Positions 38,087 to 47,319 of a DNA stretch of 64,000 bases are shown here, in pieces. Below the pieces are notes generated by a model, which worked only from the letters and a program-made list of their open reading frames with translations, was not told the DNA's origin and did not search any database. Origin of the DNA: Candidatus Brockarchaeota archaeon. Lineage in GTDB: Archaea > Thermoproteota > EX4484-205 > JAAOZP01. The DNA lies in the NCBI GenBank assembly GCA_017601225.1, contig JAFNIX010000011.1, positions 1,121 through 65,120 of the forward strand, written 5' to 3'. The first letter of the stretch is position 1, and each line of letters begins with the position of its first letter. The position numbers and the translations under genes are program-made.

Positions 38087-40015
38087 TTAAAACGGAAGTA
38101 TCCACCCTACTTTGGAGAGAAGCACTATGCCTATTACTAGGCCAACGAGTATGCCTTCTCCTGTTGCAATGCCTGCTGCCACAACTGTTTTGTATTTTTC
38201 CCACCACTCTCTTCCAAGAAATCGGGGCATCACGTATCTTCCGATTAGTGCGGCTAGAAACATAGGAACCGTGAATGCTGGAAGTGTTGACATGCCTGTA
38301 GCAATACCCATTAAGCTAAATGGTATTGAAGCTATCTTGGTTAAGATCGAACCCACTACACCTAAGCCTACGGCTAGGGAGAAGAAGAACAAGAGAACAG
38401 GCAAGTTTAAGGTAAAGACCTGTCTAGTAGCCCACATAAGCTGGTTTATCGCTTGAACAGGCCATGAGATAAGCGTGTTTGGATATGCTGAGGAGGGGAT
38501 TGGAGCGATCATCCAGAACACGCTGGCATATATTACACCAAATATAGTGTAAAGTATAAATGCTATAACGAAGGCTTTTAAGAAATCAATCGGTTTCGTT
38601 TCAGTCAAATAAGCTACTTTAATGTTCTGAACCCATGTTGGAGTTGAGCTTCCACCTATTACTGGACTGAAAAACCAGGCGTCGATTTTCGGGTAGCCGG
38701 AGAGCATTATAGTGAAAGCCCATGCATAAGGTATACTTACCGCGTAACCTGTTTCACCAACTGCCCTGGTGCCTATTATAGCGTTCAGAAATGAGACGCC
38801 AAGTGAAACCGCAAGTGCAGGAAGTATGGGGAATTCCGGTATGAAATAATTGAAGAGTAGGACTGAGGCAGTAATTGAGGCAAAGTAGAGAGACAGAAGA
38901 ACTTTTAGAGAAGGATAGCCAGCAGCCTTACTCTGGGCTGAGAGCCTCCATAGGGAGCGAATGCCCTTCACCACCACTTTCCAATTCTGTGCTAACGCTA
39001 ATATGGAAATGGCTAGCATGAACCCGATCTGCGGTATAAGCCAGACCCTAAGCATAGACCTTTGCCAAACCAGACTCAGACTCATCCCGAAGGTCCATTC
39101 CTCCTTCCATAATGGAAAATAGCTGCTGAAAAACGAGAGTGCAAGATTGTTCCCAATTATCCACACTAAAATTGAGCTTGCGAACATATAGACCACTGTG
39201 TTAAACGGGATTAGGAAGCCGCCTATCCAGACTAGGGGATCTGTCGCGATGCCAAGTGCAGCACCGGGAAGAAGCCGCTCTATGCCTAGCAATCCGGTTG
39301 TCAGATCCCACCAGGGTACGGGAATGACCTGTATGTTCGTACCCCAAAGTCCAAGGCTCAGAGTATTAATCCCATACAGGAAAAACGAATAAAAAGCCCC
39401 AATCGCTGCAGAGATAATGAAGACTTCCATCTTATCAGAAGGCCTATCAGTAAGTGTATTTATCATCTGGGCGGATATATCTGCAAATGGAAAAGGTAGT
39501 TTCTCCGTCTCTAAAAATAGTTGGGCACAGATTATGGTTAACGAGATTTCCGCAATGATAAATAGAATGCCAAATTGCAAAGTTGAGAGAAACATTGGAA
39601 GAAGCCACGTGCTTGAGAGTAGAGTCCTGCTGAATTCTATCTCTTTCCAATATGGGACGTAGAAAGTAGGTATGACCTCTGGAAGCGGCAGCTTGGTAAA
39701 GGGATCTATGAATGACCATCCAACAGGTCCCGTTACCAAGTAGTGACGGTATATGAAGTCTGTCATGGGTGTTGATGCAGCGACACCTATCATTATGAAC
39801 ATGATGAAAAGTTCCTGCTTAGATAGGCGTATATTCATTAAGGAACCTACTTCTAGAAAAAGGATTACAACTATGTAACTGAAGGCTCCGGCTATTGCAG
39901 CCCCCGAAACCAGACTCAAATATATCGAAACAGGCAGGAGAACTATTGAAGCAAAGAAAAGAGCTAATATTACTCTCCAGGTTATTCCAGGTTTAAACTC
40001 TATGGTCTGGCCCAT
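38087..40015 (-). CDS. polytopic membrane protein, distant paralog of the 669-aa pair; OPT-superfamily-like permease (tentative)
   Basis: 642 aa with more than 14 hydrophobic segments. It shares RLSKQELFIMF, ETEKLPFPFADISAQMIN and LLPGAALGIATDP with the 669-aa proteins. The EKLPFP… motif and the C-terminal GIATGEGILVGLV recall OPT transporters (LPFPSGxAtA, AGLIAGEsL). Its start lies 1 nt after the upstream stop. Confidence 0.6.
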   Translation of the reverse strand: MGQTIEFKPGITWRVILALFFASIVLLPVSIYLSLVSGAAIAGAFSYIVVILFLEVGSLMNIRLSKQELFIMFIMIGVAASTPMTDFIYRHYLVTGPVGWSFIDPFTKLPLPEVIPTFYVPYWKEIEFSRTLLSSTWLLPMFLSTLQFGILFIIAEISLTIICAQLFLETEKLPFPFADISAQMINTLTDRPSDKMEVFIISAAIGAFYSFFLYGINTLSLGLWGTNIQVIPVPWWDLTTGLLGIERLLPGAALGIATDPLVWIGGFLIPFNTVVYMFASSILVWIIGNNLALSFFSSYFPLWKEEWTFGMSLSLVWQRSMLRVWLIPQIGFMLAISILALAQNWKVVVKGIRSLWRLSAQSKAAGYPSLKVLLSLYFASITASVLLFNYFIPEFPILPALAVSLGVSFLNAIIGTRAVGETGYAVSIPYAWAFTIMLSGYPKIDAWFFSPVIGGSSTPTWVQNIKVAYLTETKPIDFLKAFVIAFILYTIFGVIYASVFWMIAPIPSSAYPNTLISWPVQAINQLMWATRQVFTLNLPVLLFFFSLAVGLGVVGSILTKIASIPFSLMGIATGMSTLPAFTVPMFLAALIGRYVMPRFLGREWWEKYKTVVAAGIATGEGILVGLVIGIVLLSKVGWILPF

Positions 40016-40016
40016 T

Positions 40017-43000
40017 CTACCTCATACCCCCTTTATCCACCAACTCTATATATTTATTTTTCTCACTATCCGAGATCATCTTCCAGGTCAACAATTGCTT
40101 CCTGACGGCATCTATAAAACCATAGTTTAAAGCCACCCAGGTGTCCGGAGTACCCTCTATCCTTTCAAGCCTAAGCAGGAAGTCATATTTCCTCGTATCC
40201 TCGTAAAACTTAGAGTTTATTAAGGCCCTCTGATATACTCCTGAATCGAGAGGCATAAGGGAAACAAGAAGTTCCTGAGTTTTTCCTTTAAGATCTGTTT
40301 TAATACTTCTGACTATAAACGGGTCAGGGGTTTCGGAAGTATGTGCCTTGAAGAACTCCTCTAAGAATAAGTAAACCGCTTCAACCTCTTTTTCCTCCGT
40401 CAGTGAGAATGGTAATGGGATATCCCATATGTTGCCCTTCGGCTTCGTAGGAATCTTCCATTTTCTTTCAAGCGAGGGCGTAATTAGTTTCGAGGCCATT
40501 CGAATAGGATAAAACATCGCCAATAAGGTTGAGAGAATGCCTGCAAAGATTGCTAGGGCTATAGAAAGCGAGGTGGCGTTTAGAGAAAAGCTTTCCGGCA
40601 GTAATTTGCCGGCGATTAAAAGCGAATTAGCCACTACTCCTAGGAAGTAGGCGGGAACGACGGACAAGATCGAGTATGCTACAGCCTCTATTATTAACAT
40701 TATTGCAGAACCGGATGGGGGAAGGCCGACAGCACTATATACGAAGAGATCGCCTCTCCTCTCCTTTACTGAACCCAATACCGCTACCGAAATGGATGCC
40801 GCTCCTATCACTATCAAGGGCAGGGCGAAGGAGAGGCCTGAGGGGGTGAAGGAAACTATTGGACTGTAATATTTTGCTCCCTCTTGAGAGGAAACGTAAA
40901 TCGGAATACTATATACATTAGCTATTCTTTCTGCAAGAGTTGCAGCATCATCATAGCTTTTCGTCACTATGGAGACGCTTGCCAAATACCCACCCATGTC
41001 CTTTACTAATTCATGAGGCAATATCAGCATCATGCTCCATGGCGTAGGTGCATACTGCGGTTCCTGAACAGTTCCAAGAACTATAGATGGAAGAATAGGG
41101 TATAAGGGAGTATCGATGTATCCGTCAAAGTTAACAAAGCTGTTCAAAGTAGAGGAATTTACGATCCCCACTACTTTAAGATTTAAACCTTCAAAAACGA
41201 TCGTGTCGCCAACCTTAACCGATAGATCTTTAGCGATGTTAAGAGGAAGGATCGCGGAATAATAGTCTTCGGAGTTGAACCATCTCCCTTCAATTAAGGC
41301 TTTCGAATAATCGTAAACTTGGTATTCTTCAGGAGTTAACCCTATAACGGCTTTGATGGTAGTAGAGGAGATGTTTGTTTTTATGAAGGTATAGACGTCT
41401 CTACCTTCGATTGATTCAGGATACCACCAGAACCTCGGAGCAACGATTACCGTCAAATCGGCAAATCGCTCCTGCTTTAATATGTTAATCAAATCATAGT
41501 CGAATGCACCAGCAGGTTGCTGCCGAATATTCGTCTTTATACAAATTCCTATATAGTTGACTTTCCCTTCAGGAATAGTCGACGGCATGGGCGCTTGGAA
41601 AATCGAAACAGAGGTGAGCGATACAAACGCAAAAACCACGGAAGCTATCGAAAGCATAACTAAGGAAGTTCTCAGCTTGCGTCTTTTCATATGCTCTATA
41701 GTATATGGGAAAATTACTAATGTAAATGAAGTTAGGCTTCTTTCCGCGAAGTGAGCACCAAGCGCCTTTCTTCTTATCGTTTTCAAAGTATTTAGGGCTT
41801 CAGAAGAGAATAGGAAGGTTACAATCACGAAGAAAACTACTACAATTACGCTGAGAGGAGCCATGATGAAATTAGCTGCTAGTTTAAATATTGGATTTAC
41901 GTAGTATAAAAGAAGCATCATCACTATGAAAATGATTCCTGAAGATGCTGCCACTATTTTCCCTTGGGCTCTTATGAAGACGGCGGGCGCTAGGAATGAG
42001 AATAACGCTAGTATGATTATTAAGAATATAGAAGTCGTCGGGATATCATTTATTAAACCCATAACTCCTCCATAGGTTCTAACCACAATAGAATTTAAAG
42101 AAACTGCTGATTGAAGCATCGTCAAATAGTCAAGGGTTCTTAAAGAATCGGAAAGGAGACCCCTGTAGAATAAAGCGTTATTTAAAGAATCTTGGATTAA
42201 AGGGTTCCATATGTTTAATTCGCGTAACCCAGAATATCTGTTCACCGAAGTAGTGTAAATATTTAGCGCGGACTCGAGCAAGGCGTTTATATGAATTTCC
42301 TCATTGTCCTTCGAACAGTAGCCAGAAAAATCATATGGTGGTATTAGGGCTGTCGAAGTGTTAGTTAACAGTACTTGGAGCACTCTCATAGACCCTATGG
42401 TCATGAAGCTCACGAAATACGTGTGGGGTTGGACGAAGGCAACTAGGATTTTATCATCAGGCTGGAGGAAAACCCCCCAGGATATGTCTGGGCCAAGAGA
42501 TTTAGCGTTAAGGAGTTGAACTGAAGGAATGGATTGGAGCCAAATGTTTGTAGGTACACGGGGATCCCTGAAGATTAGTGGTCTTAAGCCTTGGTAGTCG
42601 AATAAGTTGAAGAATACGACCGTGTTAGATCTGAACGCTATCGTGGTTACGTTATAGGGATCCGTGTTTAATTGATAGTAGTTTGGAAGGTATTGTGCAC
42701 CGTACTGCCCAAAGTCTGGTGCATACTCTATCAGACCGGTTTCCTCGTTCAACCTAAATGCTAAGAACGTATAGGCACCTTGACATGGTGCTAAACCGTA
42801 ACCCAACCCTCTTACTTCAAACCTCCCCTCAGAATCTGAAAAAACGTAAATTATTTGGAAAGGATAATTCGTATAACCTAGGCCTCCAGGAAATACTGCG
42901 ACCATAGCGTTTGGAAGAGGTGTGTACCATCCCTTGGTAACATTGAATGTTAACGTCCTGCCATAAACTGTGATAAACCCGGCTACATCTGTTGCCCCCG

Positions 43001-44519
43001 CTGCTATAAGGGTTCTACTCCTTCCTGTGACTGCTGGAGACACTTGGTCCCACCTGATTCCCCAGTCTATCGAATTGGAGAGCTCATGAATTATAGCTAG
43101 GCTTAAGTAAACCTGGGGCCAAAGATTATCATATTGAACATTCTGGCTCAGCGGCAGTCCCCAGAAGAAGTTTAAGGTTCTACCCGTCTTTATCGTGAAG
43201 CCTAATCCATGAGCCATGGATAATGGCTCAGAATCCAGAATATATGGGGTCACTTGAGACCCCCACCAAGCATTCATGGGGAAACCGTAGATTACCTCTA
43301 CGGGGCTTACTTCCCTGCTAAAAGCATTCACTATATCCATAAGCTTTGTCTGCAACCATCCAGTCCATCTTGCCTGAACGGTTGTACTCCCATACCTGTA
43401 GAAAAACCCTTGACTGAGAAAAGATATGCTCTTAGAGCTTGTCGAAAAATCCATGTTGATCTGCAGCCAAATCTTAGTGTGCCCCTCAACAACACTATTG
43501 TTATAGAAGAACTCGTCCACAAAGGCTCTGGAGCCTGCAAGCGCCTCATAGTGGCCGGAGAAAGCAACGAACCAAATTGTCCTTTTAGGTTTCTTATCCG
43601 AGAAAACTCGTGCAAATTCTAGTAAGGCTGAAATCGATGTCGCCTCGTCTTTCGAAGATGCTAATGCAGGAACGACTGACCATGTATCGAAGTGGGTTGA
43701 AACAACAATTACATCATTCGGGTAATCCGTACCTTCTAATATACCAATTATATTTTGGCCGACAACGTTTTTGAAGACCATATTATTTACGATGGTGGCT
43801 TCAATTTCACCATTATTCTCCTCAAGCAGGTTTAAAACGAATAAAGCGTCTTTTCTAGAAATGTAAAGCCTCGGCAAGTATACTGGAGTAAGCAGGAACT
43901 TCGACCTGGCTTCAGCATGATTGCTCTCCTCAGGCTCGATGAAGATAACTCCCTTTGCCCCGAATGCAGCAGCCTGAACCCAGTTGCCCCCACTATTAAA
44001 ATCCATCAGAACGATCGTCCCGTTTATAGGCTTACCTTTAAGGGCTTGATAACTCCCGTCTCTAACGTAGAGGAGTTTACCGGAAACTCCTTCTGGAGGA
44101 GTCTTACAGGTTTGAATAAGATTAGGCCATAGTGAGAAGACCTTTATCCTATAAGAGCGGTCCTTGGTTTTCAGAACGATGTAGTTATCACCGTCTATTG
44201 GACTTACCACAGTGTAATTCTGAACAATTACCTTTAACCCTAATTCTTTAAACCTATCAGCTATGTATCTTGAAGCCCTATAGAAATCAGGGTAACCGGT
44301 TACTCTCGAGCTTAGAGAGGAGAAGAATTCCAAATGTTCAACAAGCCTCGACTTATCAAAATTTGACAAAACTGTTTGGAAGTCTCCAACATCATCCGGC
44401 TGGGCTTTCACGCTGAAAAAGGCTCCCATGCTGGAGAGCAAAGCTACCCCTATTAAAACCAAGATGAATGGAGTGAAAAAGTGTCTCCAGCATTCTTGCA
44501 AATCTTTATCAAATCTCAT
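40017..44519 (-). CDS. giant membrane protein: N-terminal TM + PA domain + M28-like peptidase domain + large extracellular region + two FtsX/MacB-like permease modules + cytoplasmic tail
   Basis: M28-like motifs VVSTHFDTW…SSKDEATSISALLEFARVF…FVAFSGHYEALAGSRAF. The FtsX signature VKERRGDLFVYSAVGLPPSGSAIMLIIEAVAYSILSVVPAYFLG lies near the C-terminus, with an earlier TM cluster. The ATG at 44519 has GAGGTGA 10 nt upstream (the track's TTG is at 44525). Confidence 0.75.
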   Translation of the reverse strand: MRFDKDLQECWRHFFTPFILVLIGVALLSSMGAFFSVKAQPDDVGDFQTVLSNFDKSRLVEHLEFFSSLSSRVTGYPDFYRASRYIADRFKELGLKVIVQNYTVVSPIDGDNYIVLKTKDRSYRIKVFSLWPNLIQTCKTPPEGVSGKLLYVRDGSYQALKGKPINGTIVLMDFNSGGNWVQAAAFGAKGVIFIEPEESNHAEARSKFLLTPVYLPRLYISRKDALFVLNLLEENNGEIEATIVNNMVFKNVVGQNIIGILEGTDYPNDVIVVSTHFDTWSVVPALASSKDEATSISALLEFARVFSDKKPKRTIWFVAFSGHYEALAGSRAFVDEFFYNNSVVEGHTKIWLQINMDFSTSSKSISFLSQGFFYRYGSTTVQARWTGWLQTKLMDIVNAFSREVSPVEVIYGFPMNAWWGSQVTPYILDSEPLSMAHGLGFTIKTGRTLNFFWGLPLSQNVQYDNLWPQVYLSLAIIHELSNSIDWGIRWDQVSPAVTGRSRTLIAAGATDVAGFITVYGRTLTFNVTKGWYTPLPNAMVAVFPGGLGYTNYPFQIIYVFSDSEGRFEVRGLGYGLAPCQGAYTFLAFRLNEETGLIEYAPDFGQYGAQYLPNYYQLNTDPYNVTTIAFRSNTVVFFNLFDYQGLRPLIFRDPRVPTNIWLQSIPSVQLLNAKSLGPDISWGVFLQPDDKILVAFVQPHTYFVSFMTIGSMRVLQVLLTNTSTALIPPYDFSGYCSKDNEEIHINALLESALNIYTTSVNRYSGLRELNIWNPLIQDSLNNALFYRGLLSDSLRTLDYLTMLQSAVSLNSIVVRTYGGVMGLINDIPTTSIFLIIILALFSFLAPAVFIRAQGKIVAASSGIIFIVMMLLLYYVNPIFKLAANFIMAPLSVIVVVFFVIVTFLFSSEALNTLKTIRRKALGAHFAERSLTSFTLVIFPYTIEHMKRRKLRTSLVMLSIASVVFAFVSLTSVSIFQAPMPSTIPEGKVNYIGICIKTNIRQQPAGAFDYDLINILKQERFADLTVIVAPRFWWYPESIEGRDVYTFIKTNISSTTIKAVIGLTPEEYQVYDYSKALIEGRWFNSEDYYSAILPLNIAKDLSVKVGDTIVFEGLNLKVVGIVNSSTLNSFVNFDGYIDTPLYPILPSIVLGTVQEPQYAPTPWSMMLILPHELVKDMGGYLASVSIVTKSYDDAATLAERIANVYSIPIYVSSQEGAKYYSPIVSFTPSGLSFALPLIVIGAASISVAVLGSVKERRGDLFVYSAVGLPPSGSAIMLIIEAVAYSILSVVPAYFLGVVANSLLIAGKLLPESFSLNATSLSIALAIFAGILSTLLAMFYPIRMASKLITPSLERKWKIPTKPKGNIWDIPLPFSLTEEKEVEAVYLFLEEFFKAHTSETPDPFIVRSIKTDLKGKTQELLVSLMPLDSGVYQRALINSKFYEDTRKYDFLLRLERIEGTPDTWVALNYGFIDAVRKQLLTWKMISDSEKNKYIELVDKGGMR

Positions 44520-44592
44520 TAGCAATCTTCACCTCTTCTAACATCCTGCCCGTAACAATTTATGATAAAAAAGAGTTTTTAAGGTTTTCTGA

Positions 44593-46602
44593 TTAAAATC
44601 TTCCGAGCCATGATGGCAGCGATACATTGAAGAAAGTGATTAAAGCTCCGAATAATACTAGAACGCCGAAGCCTATACCAATCCCCATTGCTATCGGCAT
44701 CCATTTTTCCTCGAATACTCTTGAGCCGCCGAACTTGAGGACCGCATATTTTACGATGAAGGCTACGAGCCAAGCGGGCCAGAAGCCCTCAGGCAACATC
44801 ATTAGACCTACTGGATTTATGAAGAACCACCGGAACCTTGACCTAAGACTATAGCATGCGAAGACGAATATCGTGCCCACTATAGTATAGGTCCATGTCT
44901 CCGCGACGGTTACTGCTGGAGGCGTACCGTAAGTGTAATTGTAAATTGTCGGCAGCATCCAAGCATCGTATTGTATAGAGTTTATCCTTGAGTATCCTCC
45001 GAAGCTTGTCATGAACCATGGCCATATGAAGTAAGCAGCAACGGCAGTAACTACTATAGAGGTTAACGCAACATAGAGTATTTCTTTATAGCTTGTATTA
45101 GTCGCCTCGCCTATTTTGAAGGACATGAAGCCCCAGTGTATGTTCATAGGACTCATCCTGGAGCCAGCTAATCCTAGTGAGGTGTACATCAACATAGCAT
45201 TGAATGCGTCTGGAGATGGTCTTTGACCCCACTGGCCTAGGAAAGTACCTGTGTCGAAAACTATGCCGTGATAGGAGCCACCGTAGGGATAGAAGTGTTG
45301 CTCTCCCATTATTCTTATCCAAGCGAACATGATGAAGACATAGAATATTGGGATGAATACTGCCATCACTATTGGTGTTCCCGCTACGGCGAAGAGTATG
45401 ATTTGGATAAGTAGTGTTCCTATGGCGCCGAACGCCATAAGCCTATATGAAATACCACCCACATCTCCACCTTCCCCAGAAATACCTTTTCTAAGAACTT
45501 CCAAGATATACTTATAGTACTTGAAAACTACGTATAGGGCTATGCCTACGGAAACAAGAGCGTCAAACTGGGCCCACTTGAATACTCCGAGCGAGTACGG
45601 GTATTGAGTCTCGTTTCCAGCGCCTGGTGTGAACGGGTTTATTCCCAGTCTGACAGCAGCTGTTTGGAATAGAACTCCCCAGATAAACCACCAGAGGGTA
45701 GCTGTCGCCAACACGTCTAAAGGAATCAGTTGTCCTATGGAAAAAGCATCAATAACATAAAAGTTGCCGACGAGTAATGCTCCGGGCAATGGGCCAGATG
45801 TTATAGCCAAAAGGTCTACTGGCCAGTTGGCCAGCGCATTGCCTCCGAAGGCCAGTGGCCAGAAGTTTATAACCTGCCCAGGAATTGAAAGCAGCATTCC
45901 TATGATAAGCCCTATGTAGAAGAACTTTACGCTGCCAATTTTCAGGTTGAATAGGTTAGGCTTATCGTCACTTGTCGTGGTGAAATTGTTTATCATGAAG
46001 CTTACTGGCATGACCCAGGGAAACGGCAGTTTTTCTACCTCCATTAACGGCTTTATTAGCATAGTTCCCCAGAACCACAAGGTTGCGAATTCGACGATTG
46101 ACCAGACTATCCAGAAGAGGATTGGTACTAACCATGGGCCAATGTCGAAGGCACCGCCATACCAGAAAGCGTTCATAACAACAGGATCCTTAGGAACAAT
46201 GAAAGGCGGAACTTTCTCGTAGAAAACTGCTTTGTATGCTTCCGTGTTTAGACCTGTTGTTGCATGTGCGATGCTCCAATTTGTTATCGGCGTAGTAGTC
46301 CAGTAGCCTATTCCCTGTGCAGCATAGTAGCTGCCAGCAGTTATATAGCAGATTACGAAGAACAGTGTTAGCTCCTGTGAAGAAAGCCTGATCCTTCCAG
46401 AGAGTTTAGATAGCACATAGATTATCACAAGATTCCAGAAGAATGGCAACGGGAATATTAATGGATAGTTCCACCATGCTCCGAAGCCCTGCATCACCAG
46501 GTTTAGAAAGTATCCTACTGGAGGAATCAGTATTGCGGAAATTATGATCCATGTTTTCAGGCCAGAAGGCTTAACCCTTTCCTTTGGAGCTGTTTCCCCC
46601 AA
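44593..46602 (-). CDS. 669-aa polytopic membrane protein, paralog A (OPT-superfamily-like, tentative)
   Basis: More than 14 TM segments. Motifs MEVEKLPFPWVMPVSFMIN and NWPVDLLAITSGPLPGAL. The TTG start is supported by AGGTGAT (46608-46614) 5 nt upstream. It is first in the operon with the 1500-aa and 642-aa genes. Confidence 0.65.
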   Translation of the reverse strand: MGETAPKERVKPSGLKTWIIISAILIPPVGYFLNLVMQGFGAWWNYPLIFPLPFFWNLVIIYVLSKLSGRIRLSSQELTLFFVICYITAGSYYAAQGIGYWTTTPITNWSIAHATTGLNTEAYKAVFYEKVPPFIVPKDPVVMNAFWYGGAFDIGPWLVPILFWIVWSIVEFATLWFWGTMLIKPLMEVEKLPFPWVMPVSFMINNFTTTSDDKPNLFNLKIGSVKFFYIGLIIGMLLSIPGQVINFWPLAFGGNALANWPVDLLAITSGPLPGALLVGNFYVIDAFSIGQLIPLDVLATATLWWFIWGVLFQTAAVRLGINPFTPGAGNETQYPYSLGVFKWAQFDALVSVGIALYVVFKYYKYILEVLRKGISGEGGDVGGISYRLMAFGAIGTLLIQIILFAVAGTPIVMAVFIPIFYVFIMFAWIRIMGEQHFYPYGGSYHGIVFDTGTFLGQWGQRPSPDAFNAMLMYTSLGLAGSRMSPMNIHWGFMSFKIGEATNTSYKEILYVALTSIVVTAVAAYFIWPWFMTSFGGYSRINSIQYDAWMLPTIYNYTYGTPPAVTVAETWTYTIVGTIFVFACYSLRSRFRWFFINPVGLMMLPEGFWPAWLVAFIVKYAVLKFGGSRVFEEKWMPIAMGIGIGFGVLVLFGALITFFNVSLPSWLGRF

Positions 46603-46676
46603 CTTCTATCACCTTTTCACGCAAAAAAGTAATTTCCATCCGTAAATATAAAGCTTACTCCCATTATTTTCCCATA
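46435..46676. repeat. 242-bp near-identical repeat, copy A (partner 50491..50732)
   Basis: Covers the first 56 codons, the SD, the 5' leader and the TATA region of paralog A. I found 4 mismatches, all within ctgcatcaccagg versus ctgtattattagg. The offset to copy B is a constant 4056 nt. Confidence 0.9.
46643..46653 (-). promoter_or_regulatory. TATA-box-like element (CTTTATATTTA on the minus strand) about 41-51 nt upstream of the TTG start of paralog A
   Basis: The minus strand reads GTAAGCTTTATATTTACGG…AAAGGTGATAGAAGTTG. An identical element sits upstream of paralog B. Confidence 0.45.
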
Positions 46677-47195
46677 TTAAGGGAGCCAAGTGGCTTGAGC
46701 AATACTCTCCTCCAGACCCGGATGCGGACTGGAGGTTAAGCACACTGAAAGCATACATCGACAAGTTTAAAGGAGAAAGGCAATAGTTTTTCCGGGTCAT
46801 GAAACGTTTTAATTATCCCACTATTTGGGGGTTTGCAAAACCTCTTCGTCCATTATCATTAAGAATAAGGATTTTGTCAACCGGATTAGTGGAAATTTAT
46901 TTCCGATTACAAATGGAGGGTTATCGAGAGACATCAGGGTAAGAGCATATATAGTATAAGTATTAACTGGAGACAACTATGCTAATGGGAAGGCGCCGCT
47001 CATGTCGAGAACACAATTCAAGGATTTGTGATACCCTACTTAAGAAAAGCCATTCCGACAGCTAAAAAACATGAAATACCATTCATAAAACATACTGAGG
47101 TGAATCTTTGACCAACATAGACATGATCCTATACGCAGGATCGATGTGCTTGACCCAATAGAACTGATAGAAGGGACTGATATAGGAGAAGTAAA

Positions 47196-47223
47196 GTAAA
47201 TAAAAATATGTAAATAAAAATAT
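47196..47223. repeat. perfect tandem duplication of a 14-nt unit (gtaaataaaaatat x2)
   Basis: Read directly: gtaaataaaaatat gtaaataaaaatat, inside the 717-bp gene-free spacer 46603..47319. Confidence 0.9.
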
Positions 47224-47319
47224 GATAAAAGGATGGCTGTTATTGGAAATGTTGATTGCTCCTATGTTCTATTCTACGTTGATCGAAAGTATAAGAGTAA
47301 AAAGTATATAGCTAAATAC

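Noticed and set aside
46603-47319. Possible gene relics in the long spacer, e.g. + frame …KWLEQYSPPDPDADWRLSTLKAYIDKFKGERQ* at about 46689-46787, and track ORFs 46609-46800(-) and 50640-50831(+)
   Set aside because: They are short fragments without a start or recognisable family. The two track ORFs run through the shared leader/promoter repeat and are most likely spurious.
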